The notes beneath the pieces were generated by a model. The model ran no database searches, was not told the DNA's origin, and saw only the letters and a list, made by a program, of their open reading frames with translations. Positions 11,845-23,400 of a DNA stretch of 64,000 bases are shown here, piece after piece. The position numbers and the translations under genes were made by a program. Within the stretch, counting starts at the first letter, position 1; every line of letters begins with the position of its first letter. Origin of the DNA: Amoebophrya sp. A120 (Eukaryota; Protista; Dinoflagellata); the NCBI GenBank assembly GCA_905178155.1, contig CAJINV010000003.1, forward strand, positions 1,900,395 through 1,964,394. The letters run 5' to 3'.

Positions 11845-13379
11845 GTGCAGAAGATTCCGATAATTGTCCTCCTTCGTCGCTACAAATTACTTACGCGACG
11901 TGACTTGCAAGAATAATGTATGATAGATTGTATAAAAAAGTAGTCACGCAGATTTTCGCTCTCGCGACAACAAATCACAAATAACGCGCCATAATAAATC
12001 AAGAAGCAACTACTGCAGTGGCTGAAAATCAAACTATACCAAATCACCACTGCGCCGGAAGCGACTTCGCTCAGCACTTGAAACGAAGGTCAGCAAAAGT
12101 GCGCGCAGGGATGCCGAGGGTACGCCACCAGGCGCTAAGGTATGTCGCATTTTCGGTGGCACGCCCTGGAGACCCTCCAGGAGGACGCGATGCGAGAACG
12201 GAATAGGGATCTTTATTTCCCTTCGAACCACTTCACAGAAGAGCTCGACACGGTGGCGGTCGCCCAGCCACCGCGCGAGCTCCACGTGTCGTGGTTCTCG
12301 ACCGACCTCAAAGTACCTGCCTTTCGCGTCCATGGCAACGGAACCACAAAATATTCCTATTTCTATATGTATATACACTATATTCATAAAACGCAGAAAC
12401 AGGTCAGCAAGAACAAACCAGCCCCCCTCGTGGAGGCAATAATCCATCTGCGAGTGCGAGTAAATGAATAAATAATTTCTATCCAGATGGATAGAAATTC
12501 GTATTGATTTACTCAGTAAATCAATACGAAGGACGATATATAAAAAGTACGTTACATACGCGTACGCCACAACACTACTCATATATGATGATCGCTCGCT
12601 CTTTCACACAACTGCACCGAATGAATTGCTCATCATGAATACTCCGACACACTCGATTCGACGCGGCGAAACCGAACGACAAAATTAGATACGAGAGCAA
12701 CTGCGACACGCATGGTATCAAGTGCTGAGGTATTTGCTGTGAAGCTTGGTCACTCGTCACGTTATGTATCCTTTTCCCTACGCCAAGATGCCACGGTCGC
12801 ATAGTCCAGAACAACTGGGAATGATTCAAGGCAGTGTGGACCGGGACCAACAAGAACATGGTTGGTGATCATGAGTGGTCAAGGATCTTGGACATCTGAA
12901 ACAGAAGATGGACATACCATTGGGTCTATGTATGATCATGTGTAAATTCATATTTATACAATGCTCTCGACGCCAACGCCTCAAAAGCAGTTGGATATAA
13001 CCGACATCGACAGGTTCAATAGACAGATCCAGAATATTTGGCCCCCTGCTCACTGCAAAATTTATTTCAACTTGTTTTTTTCTATAATTTTCTTATATTT
13101 TCTTTAAATCCCAAGCTTTACTGTGCATAGAAGAACAATTTCTGTATGGTATCTGAAACTTCGTTAGATAGAGCAGCATGAAACTGCGGTATGTGGCCTT
13201 TTACTTTTATGTTGTCTCTACATAGTACATTTCTGTTCCTAATTCAAAATAAATGAAACTGCGTCCTGATAGATCTGATAGTCCTGACGTACGAGCTTCT
13301 AATTATCCTATATCGTACAAACACATTTGCGTCTTTCTTTTAGCCACGATAATCATCTATTTTTTCCGAACGAAATCGA

Positions 13380-16300
13380 TCAAAAGATCCCTGACGGCAT
13401 TTCGTACTGTTCATAAACCGGCACGTGCGGGTTGTGCACTGGCCCGTATCCAGGCTTGAATCGCAGACCAGGCGGAGGCGATTGCTGTTGGCTCCGATGG
13501 GACGAAATCGAAACACCCGAAGGGTTGTTCACATAGGTCCTCGTCTTGCTCGAAGAATCAAACGGCTGGACTCTGCTTTGGCTTTGGGAGGAGGCAGTTT
13601 TTGCGTATTTATCTTGGAGTTTTGGAGACGACGAATTCGTTGACAGGAGCATGGACTCCACTCCGCCGTACACAATTCGCCCCCGCGGAGCCTTAGTACT
13701 GTTGGCACTGGACGCATTCGTTGTCGTCCTTTTCGCCTCATCAAGCCCCGTTGTTTTCAGCACGACCTGCGATGGACTCCCGGAGGACATGGCTGCCGCA
13801 GAACGCAGATTGGCATGGGTCCTGCTAGCCGTAGTGCTACCACCGGAACCGGATGCTGGTGAAGAAGATGCAATGCCTCGCATTCTCGAAGCAGCGCCAC
13901 GAAAGCCGGTCCGACTCGCACCGCCCTTAGCACCCACGTTGGATCCCTTGTACTGCAGAAAAGGAATGCGGTCAGTCATACTGCCGTCTAGTTTCCGGCG
14001 GATTTGCAAAACGACCTCGGTCTCGTTCTCCAGCAGCAGCTGTTCGATGAAATTTCGATGGCGGTTCACCACACTCACACCGTTGACCTCCACAATGCGG
14101 TCGCCCACGCGGATGTTTTGCCAGCCCACCGGGTAGTTGGGCGCGAAACCGCCGATGCGGACGCCGTACTTGTCGTAGGACAGGTACAGATTGCTCAAGT
14201 CATTCACCTGCGGCACGCTGTTCAGAATTGAACTGGTTTTCGTGATCAAAATCTCCTTCTCCTCGTCAACCACTGAAGAACCTCCACTTGTACAACCGTG
14301 GTTGTTCGTCGCTGCGAGTCCTCTGTTTCTGCTTACCACGACGGGCAGGAACTCGAATTGCATCGCCTGCTTCCGGACGTACATGCGGTCACGCCAGAAG
14401 CGCTCGATGTCGCGTCGCGTAGGTTTCTGCGTTGAGTGGTCGCCGGCGCCGAGCGAAGCCGCGCCGGAGACTAGGGACGTAAGGTCCAGGCACTCGTAGT
14501 TGCGCCCGCGAGAATTCGCAGCTGTGCGGGACGCCGGGGAAAAATAGGCGGCCGTGCCGGAAGTTGTCAGGAGGTTCAGGGTCGACAACCTGATCAACTG
14601 CCACAGTTTCGCGCCCGGGTAGGACGCCAGCGTGTGCATGACGGGGCCGAAGACCTGCGCAAGGTTGTCCACGTTGTCGATGCTCCACACGTAGGGCTTT
14701 CCGGATCGAGAAAACGCAAACTTCACATTGTCCTGCCACAAATGCCGGTGCTCGTACGGAACGGTAACTTTGAAGTCTATATCTTTCGGAACATGTGGGT
14801 CCTGCTGTGTCGACGCGACAGAAACACCGGCTTGCGCGTAGGAACTTGCAGGATCGAATTCACTGTTAGCAGGCGTAGTTTGCGTTTGGTATTCCACACC
14901 GCGACTGGAACTGGTCGTGTTCAATTTCGTCGACGGACTTTGTATCAAGATTGGATTTTGCGCAGTGCTGACGAGCCCCTCAGAGTCGCCGTCGAGTAGC
15001 CGCGACGTCTGGCGACCCGCACTGGTTGAGGCCCGGCCACTTTTGCGCGACCCACTCCTATTGCGCGACGGAGAAGCAGAAATGGAACTACCGAGCGCGG
15101 TACTTTCGTCATTCGGACCACGGGACGAGGTTCCCGCAGCGGATGTCCACGATGCTTCTTTCTGGACTATTTTTTGTCGGTCGTAGTCCGATGGTAAATA
15201 GCCCGACGAAGAGTCTTCTTCTTCTTCCTCGTCCCACTCTTCTTCTTCTTCCTCCTCTTCGTCATAGTACTCGTACGAAGAGGAATCCTCCTGCTCTCCG
15301 GCATGCGACACACGAGTGTTGCTGCGTGCTGAAATCGTCTTCTGTGCAGCTACGGGAAACGGGGTCTTGCGCGCAGGTGGAATCTTTCCTTGCGACGCCC
15401 TCGACGACATGCGCTGGAGAACGCTTGGACTTTTATTTCCACTTTTTGTTTTTCTCACGATCATCGGTTCCTGCTCGCCCTCGTCCTGTTTGCCCTCTGT
15501 GCCCTCCCATTCTTGCTGCGCCAGACTGCGACGACTACTACTCCGTTCGTGTTTCCGTTGCGAATCGAACGAAACTGCTTTCCCAAAGGGAGCGCGGACC
15601 GAAGACACGTGGTTGACTGGGTCCATCTTTTCCTCGGCGTTGTGCTCCACATCGGGGAGTTTTCCGCGCGCCTCATCGTCTGCTGCCGTTTCATCTGCAT
15701 CAGCTGCGGGAAAGGTGTCTCTCCGTGACGCACTGTACGTGCTGAGAAAGCCGTCCGGGGTCTCGACGACAAGAGAGGCTTTCCGCTTCTGCGAACTACG
15801 TCGCCGGCGGGGCATCGACGACTGTTTCTTCACGACAAGGGGCTGGTCTGACAGTTCGTCCTGCGCGCCACGGCTTGCACTGCGGGACACAGTGCGGCTT
15901 TTTCTGACGGACCGCTCACCTTGCAGGTTTTCCGGTGGGTCTTGCAGCGACGCTGCGGGACTGAAGCCAGAAGCTAAGCAAGTGCCTTCATCTCCGCCTT
16001 TACTAGCGCGGGACCGTCGCTTGCGACTGCTCGCGCGCGCAACTACCGACGAGGACGCACGCGGGGCCGGACTGAACACAGACGAACTCGTTCTGCTCGT
16101 CAGCTCAGAGTCGCGCGCTGGTCTGCGGTGCGAAGACGGAACCCTTGATGCGGAAACAGAACGACTACTGTTCTGCCGGCTCACACTCGTCGACAACGGT
16201 GACGCCTCCCCGCTGCTGCTGCCGCTGCGCGCTCGTGTTGTGTGCTGTCCGATGCTTGAAGACAGCATTTTCTTCAGGGAAGCACTGCGAGAAATTGAGG

Positions 16301-16580
16301 TCCGGCCACTCTTTCGAGAGCGGCGTCCAGATGCCGAAGCGCTCTTGGTTACCAACGGCGAGGATGACAACGTCGTTCGCAGCATCGCTGCAGACCCGCG
16401 AACCTTGTTCGCTTTCATCTGGCCACGGTTTTTCGCTGGCGAACTGGAGTTGCTCGTGGGTAACTGCAGGAGGGACACTTCCCGAAAGGCTTGGGCTTCA
16501 CCGATGTCGAACGTCACATTCTCGACGACAACATCAAACTGCCCCAAAACACTGAATTTCTCCGGGTACCGAAACGTCAT
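13380..16580 (-). CDS. Ser/Arg-rich protein with a PDZ domain
   Basis: 1066-aa ORF with AAAAATG start context. GVRIGGFAP...IRVGDRIVEVNGVSV...VVLQIRR matches the PDZ consensus (GDxIxxVNG). Confidence 0.85.
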   Translation of the reverse strand: MTFRYPEKFSVLGQFDVVVENVTFDIGEAQAFREVSLLQLPTSNSSSPAKNRGQMKANKVRGSAAMLRTTLSSSPLVTKSASASGRRSRKSGRTSISRSASLKKMLSSSIGQHTTRARSGSSSGEASPLSTSVSRQNSSRSVSASRVPSSHRRPARDSELTSRTSSSVFSPAPRASSSVVARASSRKRRSRASKGGDEGTCLASGFSPAASLQDPPENLQGERSVRKSRTVSRSASRGAQDELSDQPLVVKKQSSMPRRRRSSQKRKASLVVETPDGFLSTYSASRRDTFPAADADETAADDEARGKLPDVEHNAEEKMDPVNHVSSVRAPFGKAVSFDSQRKHERSSSRRSLAQQEWEGTEGKQDEGEQEPMIVRKTKSGNKSPSVLQRMSSRASQGKIPPARKTPFPVAAQKTISARSNTRVSHAGEQEDSSSYEYYDEEEEEEEEWDEEEEEDSSSGYLPSDYDRQKIVQKEASWTSAAGTSSRGPNDESTALGSSISASPSRNRSGSRKSGRASTSAGRQTSRLLDGDSEGLVSTAQNPILIQSPSTKLNTTSSSRGVEYQTQTTPANSEFDPASSYAQAGVSVASTQQDPHVPKDIDFKVTVPYEHRHLWQDNVKFAFSRSGKPYVWSIDNVDNLAQVFGPVMHTLASYPGAKLWQLIRLSTLNLLTTSGTAAYFSPASRTAANSRGRNYECLDLTSLVSGAASLGAGDHSTQKPTRRDIERFWRDRMYVRKQAMQFEFLPVVVSRNRGLAATNNHGCTSGGSSVVDEEKEILITKTSSILNSVPQVNDLSNLYLSYDKYGVRIGGFAPNYPVGWQNIRVGDRIVEVNGVSVVNRHRNFIEQLLLENETEVVLQIRRKLDGSMTDRIPFLQYKGSNVGAKGGASRTGFRGAASRMRGIASSSPASGSGGSTTASRTHANLRSAAAMSSGSPSQVVLKTTGLDEAKRTTTNASSANSTKAPRGRIVYGGVESMLLSTNSSSPKLQDKYAKTASSQSQSRVQPFDSSSKTRTYVNNPSGVSISSHRSQQQSPPPGLRFKPGYGPVHNPHVPVYEQYEMPSGIF

Positions 16581-17784
16581 TTTTTGCTACTGTCGTTGTG
16601 TATTCTTACGCAGCTTTCTAGTTGTATCTGTTTCCTTAATGAGTTATGATCTCGCAAAGACAGGCAATACGTAAAGGAAGCGTTTCCAACAATAGAATTA
16701 AATTTCTAGTTTCAATTGCATAGATATTATGACGTCGACGAGCGAATTTATTATATCACTGCAGACTGTGAGGGTGGAATCACTCTGGGAATTCGAAAGC
16801 CGAGAAAGTCATTGCCATTGGAGTGGATTTTCAGACCACGAGTACCAATGATAAAACTCCTCAGAAAAAAAAGAAGCGCCGAAAAAAGATTTGTACACGA
16901 CACTGAAGGACTCTTCCGTGGGTGGTTCTCAAGCCGTATCACAACTAAAAAAAGAAACAACCGAAAAAAATCACAAGTAGAAAAAAACAACACTCAAGAT
17001 ATTATTGCCACGCTTCGCCAATTATTTATACAGGAATCGTGTGGCCATACATCCAGGTACAAACTTGCGCATCCTGCCCGCACGTTCGCGTATCACCAGG
17101 AAAAAAACCTTCAAAATCAAGTGAAGAAAGGCAAGGGCATCAACCACAACTGTGTACAAAAAGAACCACAAGCACAACCATCAATAGATGATCCACATCC
17201 ATATTTTTATCCACATAACACGGAATTCGTTGCGGAAACCGAGACCATTCCCGCAGTTACAAAAAAACGCCTTTGCGGCTGCGGTGACGCTGTGGCTCGC
17301 CAGGACATGATACAACTGCGAGGCTTTTTTCTTTGTGCTGGTCTCACTCTTAGTTCAATCGTAAAGATCAAGGACTTGTCACACCCAACGACTAGTTCTC
17401 AGTTCTGAAAATCTACATTAGCATTACCAGCGGCAAAATATTTCCTTTATTTGAATACTTGTGCACCTGTAGGCGAATCGCACGACATCAAGAAGACGGC
17501 GATCAATTATTTTCAAGATAAGAACAAGAAGTAAAGTTCAAAAATCGTACAAAGAAAATTTAGCTCTTGTTTCTGTCTCGTCGTAGCTCGTTGAGCTACA
17601 AAGAGTGACCGTCGCGTCTTTGCTGTATCCAAACCTAAACCAGACTCAGTCTCAGAAGTAAGTAGTTTTCCTTTCCCTATTTGTTTTTGTCTTTATCATA
17701 CAGATTCACTTTTCAGACGCTCCGTCTCATTTACACGGAACAGGCACGTTTTGTCGTTGTCCTCGAAAAATCGCCACGAACGAT

Positions 17785-19382
17785 CTATCGCCGCGGACTG
17801 CGTTCCCTCGCGCTCATAGGCGTCGGCACGGCGGCCGTTGGCGCTTCGAAAGCAGCACTCCACAACGCCATCCCGTCGTCGCGTGCTGGTTGTACTTTGC
17901 AGTGTTCTGGCAAGTCCCGGTCCTTCCAGTCCTCGAGGTTCCAACGGTCCACTACCCGGTGACTCAGTGTGGCCCAATACGCCTGGAGCAACTCGTACAT
18001 GGAGTCGCCTGGGCCTAGCGTTCCCCGAGTCGGTTCTCCGGTGAGCTTCGATTTGTCAACCACAGTGTTTTTAATACCTGAGAAGAGATGTTTCGTTTTT
18101 TTTTGGCGTTAGGACAGAGCTTCTTGTGTTACATCTACCAGTACCATCCTCCTGTTGCAGCTACTAGACGCTGGCTGGCATCAACACAAAGAAACACGAG
18201 TTAAAATTTTGTTCGTACTGTGAGACACTTGGAGTGCTCGTCACGCACGAGCGCGACAAGCTCAGCCTTACCACAAAAAAAACTCGTGCTCGAACACCAA
18301 AACCAATACCAAGACTTCTGCCAACAGCGACACGAGATAATGATAACAGGTACCTTTGAATAGATATTCCGTAATATGAGTGACGCTCTTTGCACACCCA
18401 CTTCTCGGACTCACCAGGTCACGCTCGACCATCAGGTCAATCTCGTCCTCTTCGCTCCCGGCAAGCGCAATCGCCCACCTCGCCGTGAGATTCAGCTTCT
18501 TATCCGCAAGTGTGCGGCGCAGGTCTTCCGGAGACATTGGTGGGAACTTCTTTAACAGGTCCTCGATCATTTGTTGTGACTTCTTGAGACCCTTTTTCCC
18601 ACCACACGCTCTTATTGCCTCCTCGTCCAACTTGCGATAACCCTGCAGAAGTAGTTGTTTTTTTAGTGCCAGGACGTAGAACGGATACGGAACTGCAGTC
18701 CTCCGTGAAAAAAAAAAATCTAGCTGGTCACGCAAAACAACAAACAGTTTCGTAGTTCTCTGTGAGTGTCGTCACCTTCCGCTTCTGCTGGTTCAGATAA
18801 AATCAATACCCAGCGGATGATCAGAAGGGGTGAAGATAGCGTAAATTAGGAAAGCACGTATACCTTTTCACAGTCATGCGCAAGATGCTTCTTCAGATTC
18901 TCAAGCTTGCCGTGGAAGGTGCAATCCTCGTGGATGCACGGGCGAATGAGAAGTGGACACGGATCTTCGCACAACCAAAATTCCTTATGGATATGGTCGC
19001 ACTTGTAGTCGTGACGAGTCATGCTGATGGTAGTCGTGCTCCTCGTGCTGCAGAGCGAGCAAAAAACCTCCTCCTCGTCCAGCAACTTGTCCATGAGTTT
19101 TACGGTAGTCCACTCAACGTCCTCAGCCCTACAGCAGGGGCAGGGATCTTCCTCGTACAACTCTTCGAGGCAGGACACACAAGCCCACTTGTTACAGCAG
19201 GTTGTCTCGGCCGGAGCAGTCGCGATTGCTTCCTGGCAGATGAAACATTTCCCACAAGCCTCGGTCAGGGTATTTTTACGAAAGAATTCCATCTTGGGCG
19301 AAGGTTGGACCTTGTCACGTCGTGACGAGGACTTCAACTCGTCGTATTGTTCTGTCGATGAGAGAAGACCATCAAGACTCAT
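17785..19382 (-). CDS. RING finger plus TRAF/SIAH-type zinc-finger protein (putative E3 ligase), multi-exon
   Basis: CFICQE...CCNKWACVSC...CPCCR (RING) then CSLC...H and CIHEDC...LKKHLAHDC. Phase-0 GT-AG intron 18643-18863 joins HDCEK to GYRKLDEE. 3' exons down to 17785 are uncertain. Confidence 0.7.
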
Positions 19383-20425
19383 ACGCAATTCATTATCATT
19401 TCATGAGTTCAGATCGAGTGTGCCTCGTCATGATCGTTCTGGGGAACTACAGCGAAAAGTAAACTTCGAGATACCTGCACGCATTCCCTCTTAGTCTTTG
19501 TGTTTGTCTTCCATAAATACCAATATAGGTCGATCGCATGCGAAGAACGACATAAAAAAGATCGAAAATTCAAGCGTGGTCCACGAATCCAGTATCTCAA
19601 CGAACTACTTACTAGGGAATTTATATTATAATGGCGCTAGTAAGTGCAACACCACGAAAAAGCGATCGTTGCCTGCGTCTCATCTCGGCTTTCCCTTTCA
19701 ATGATCATCTATAGTACATCGACGACCACGACGACGCTGCGACTCACGACCACGCATCAAGGTGGTCACCGTCAAAATTGTCTCCTGTTTACGTGACCAG
19801 GAAAAGCTCTCCCACTGCGAGTGCGACGAATGGTCGAACGAAACCAAATGATACTCACAACAAATATTGACATCGCTCACTTACTCATGATCATGTCAGG
19901 ATGGGATACATAATCGACCCTGAAATCAGATTCAGATGAGAATCGAATCTAGAAGCCGCTCCATTGCTTTAGCTTTCCACAATGTGGAATCTAGTCCACG
20001 AGTCTACTTGATGTTGTGTCAGCAGATTGCTAAATTGGCCGATTGCCTGCTTTTCTTCGCACTCGGGTTTATCGGCCGGCTACTCCAAATACGTAAGAAA
20101 GGAAAAAAAACAAACATATGGCTTCAACCGTCTGTCGTGGCAGAACTTGGAGCAGAAAAAGAGCTTCTTGAGCTTCAGATACCACCTAGGGAGAAAAAGA
20201 GCTAGTGCAACTGCAACTGCATCATCCGCATTTATTTTTATGCGCATAAACCATATATGCTTTGTTGTAATTGCGTTGTTGATGGCTCTCAGTAAAATAT
20301 TCGAGGCAAACACCTGCAGTAAAAAGAGCCGCTGTTTTTAGTAGGTATCAGTTGTGCGGCGGCCAGTCTAAAGTAACCGACTGATAAAGTACTTCTCATT
20401 GCGCAGGTGCAGGCAGTCAAGGCTA

Positions 20426-23400
20426 TTATGCCAAAGCTACTTTCTTCGACACGTGTTGCAACCTTCCAGCGATTTCTCCCCCTCGTCCACGATCCGTACG
20501 ACCAGGAGATTTTTCCTGATACTGCGCAAAACGAGCGTCCAGCTGTGCAACCTCGTTTTTTGATAGCGACGGCTTTGTCGAGGCCACGGCAAACTCCAAC
20601 ATGGCTCGAGAGATGCGAGCTTCGTCTTGTTGACTCTCGTCGTCTTCTTCCGCGCGATCTCCCTGGTGCCGCGCTTCCTCCAGCTTCTTGTGAATTGCGT
20701 CGAGTTGTGCCGTGGAGAACAGCGCGCGCACGTCTGCGGGCGTGAAACCGGAAATCTTCGCCAGTTCCGCGGGCAATGTGTCTTGGCAATACTCCCGGGC
20801 CTCCTTGTCTAGGCCAAATTTGCCCGCTTCAATCACGGTTTGTATAACTGCGTGCCACTCCCGCGTGTCTCCGGCAGGCGGGCCGCAGTACAGCTTACGG
20901 TCGAAGCGGCCCGGCCGCAACAGCGCAGGGTCAACAAGATCCGGTCGGGAACTGGCAGCGATGACGAACAACTGCTTCCTCGCTTCCACCCCGTCCAAGT
21001 AGGTCAGCATTTGGTTTACAACGCGGTCGGTCACGCCAGTGGTTTCGCCACCGCGCACGGGACAGAGCGCTTCGATTTCGTCGAAAAAAATGCAGCTGGG
21101 ACTCGCCTGCCGGGCTTGCTCGAAAACGTTGCGCACCCCGGCTTCGCTCTCCCCAATGTACTTAGAGAGCAGTTCCGGCCCCTTCACCTGGAAAAAGCGC
21201 ACGAAGCCGCGAAGCCGGTTGCTCAGTGCATGCACGAGGAACGTCTTCCCGCACCCCGACGGCCCAACGAGAAGCAGGCCTTGGCGCTGCTTCATGGCGG
21301 ACCGCTTGAAGAGCGGCTCAAACGTGGTGGGAAGGAGCAGGGTGTCGAGCAGGACGGATTTCTGCAATTGCAGCCCCCCGACGTGCTCCCAAAAAATGGA
21401 CTCGGCTTGTAGCGGCTGCGCTTTTCCGGTCGATGAGCTGCTGCTGGAAGACGCCTGGTGTCCAGGACGGCTTCGCCGGTATTCCTCGAGCACCGCTTCG
21501 GCGGAAAGCTTCGGTGTGGAAGGCGATAACAAGTCTTCTTCTGAGCCCGACGGATCGCCATAGGTGGATCGGAGAAGCGTTTTCATGGTGAAGTTTGCAA
21601 TTTCAAGAAGATCCGTGACTGTGGACCCGTCGGTACGTGCGGCAAGATCGTTTGCTAGATCAGACATGTAGTCACTACTGTAAGCAACAGGAGCGCTTTC
21701 CTTTTGTTTCTGCGACAAATAAGCTGCCAAAATGTCCGCTCGGTCTCGCAGCCCCGGATTGTCGAGGTGCACACGCGAATCTAGAGCCAAAGACGACGTA
21801 ACTAAACTTTTGAATTCGCGGTTCGTGACCGTGGCTGCAAATTGCAAGCTGTGCGCCAAGGGCAGAGCAGATTCTTGGTGTGCGCAGTAAAACTCCTGTA
21901 ACGCATCGCTCGCCGCGTCGGGACTGGTCGTACGCAGTTCGAACGCAGACACAATTTGCTTGTGAAGCGCAGAGAAGTCCAGTGCAAGGGCCGTTTCCTC
22001 TGCGCAGCTGGCGCGCAGAACCGGAAGCAGGTCTTTCAGCGTATCGGAAAGACACTGGCTCCGCAACGACGCAATGTTCTCTACCGCTGGCTGTTCACCG
22101 GCGTTCTCAGGGAGCAGCAACGCGTCTAGTTCCTCGAAAACCACGACAGCTGGAGAGAGCTGCACGGCAAGGAGCAAAACGGTCTGGAGCAAGAGCCCGA
22201 TCGTTTTATACGCAACTTTGCTGTTCGCCAAAAGCGCGCAATTGATCCAGAGTGCGTTCTTGTTCTGGTCAGAAAGCACGTGTTGCAGAACATCTTTCTG
22301 CATAGCGCCGCGAGCTCCGCTCATCAGCAGTCCGCTACGCACAGCCGGCGAATCTACTTTACTCCTAGCTGCTGACAAGGTCCTTTGGAAAAACGGAAGC
22401 TCCCTCAGGTGCGACGGCAAGCCAAATTTGGTGGCGCTTTGACGACTGAGTGAAAGTTCTACTGCTTCCAGCACCAGCCGGGTAACTGCATCCTCCACGT
22501 TTGCCCGTTCGCAAAAGCTGCGTAGCAGTGTCTCAGAGTGAAAGGATGGGGCAGCACAAGTAGGTGGCTCCAAGGCTAAAGCACTTGTCTTTCCAGGGCG
22601 AGAAAAATCCCTCTGCGGAAAAGCAAACGCCTTCGTCATGAGAAGCGCGCTCCTGGACTCCGTGGGTGTGAACTCAATATCAACGTCCATGTCATGGTCG
22701 CCGAGCTCGTAGGATTCCAGAAGTGTGTACATGTCCGCACTGGCATCGATGTTCTGAAACTCCAGACGCACTGGATAGTAGAAATACCGCTGCCCCACAC
22801 TTTTCGTCGGCGCGAAAAGTAGTTCCGCAGAGACGTCATCTTCGTTTTCTCTTTCCGGAGGACTCGCTTCAGCATCATGACCCAGGCCGGTTGCAGCAGT
22901 AGCGCTAACATCCTCGAAGCCCCAGTCCAGAGACGTCATGTCTAAGTGCGCTGCTGCCCATGGATCTAGGTCTCCAACAACGACCTGCACCTGGTTTTCA
23001 TGCTCATGCTGACCCGGGGGCGCCATTGGCTGCACGTTTGCTGGGTCTCCGGCGCTTCCTAGTAGGGAAGCAGAAGTTACAGCACCATCATCGGCCAATC
23101 TCTTTATGTTCTTGTCGAGGTCCGCCCTGCTACCATCTGGGACTTGCTTAACGGCAAGGCTGCATGCCTCTGACGCGGAAGAGGCAGACAAATCGCAGTT
23201 GTAAAGACTCTCGCAATCTTCTTCTTCTTCCAGCTCCGTAAACGATGACAGGTCCACGTTTTTTACGCCGTCAGCGTCGGCTCCTGACTCTTCCCCGCAC
23301 GCCGTTTCAGCCCGTCGTAGACGCGCCACTTCCAGTTGTGCCTCGAAGGAGCGCTTGGTGCGCAGCCAAAGCTGCATGCCGTGTTGCAGGATCGCCCCAT

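Noticed and set aside
12034-12582. Faint resemblance of the minus-strand ORF to Tpt1/KptA RNA 2'-phosphotransferase (GGWF..ADL, DAKGRY)
   Set aside because: The diagnostic IRAxQGHS and HGT motifs were not found.
15316-16674. 452-aa plus-strand ORF, and many similar antisense ORFs over long genes
   Set aside because: Shadow frames of GC-rich minus-strand genes with no independent motifs.
16716-17408. 230-aa plus-strand ORF
   Set aside because: A-rich intergenic composition, TTG start, no motif, and opposite to the cluster orientation.
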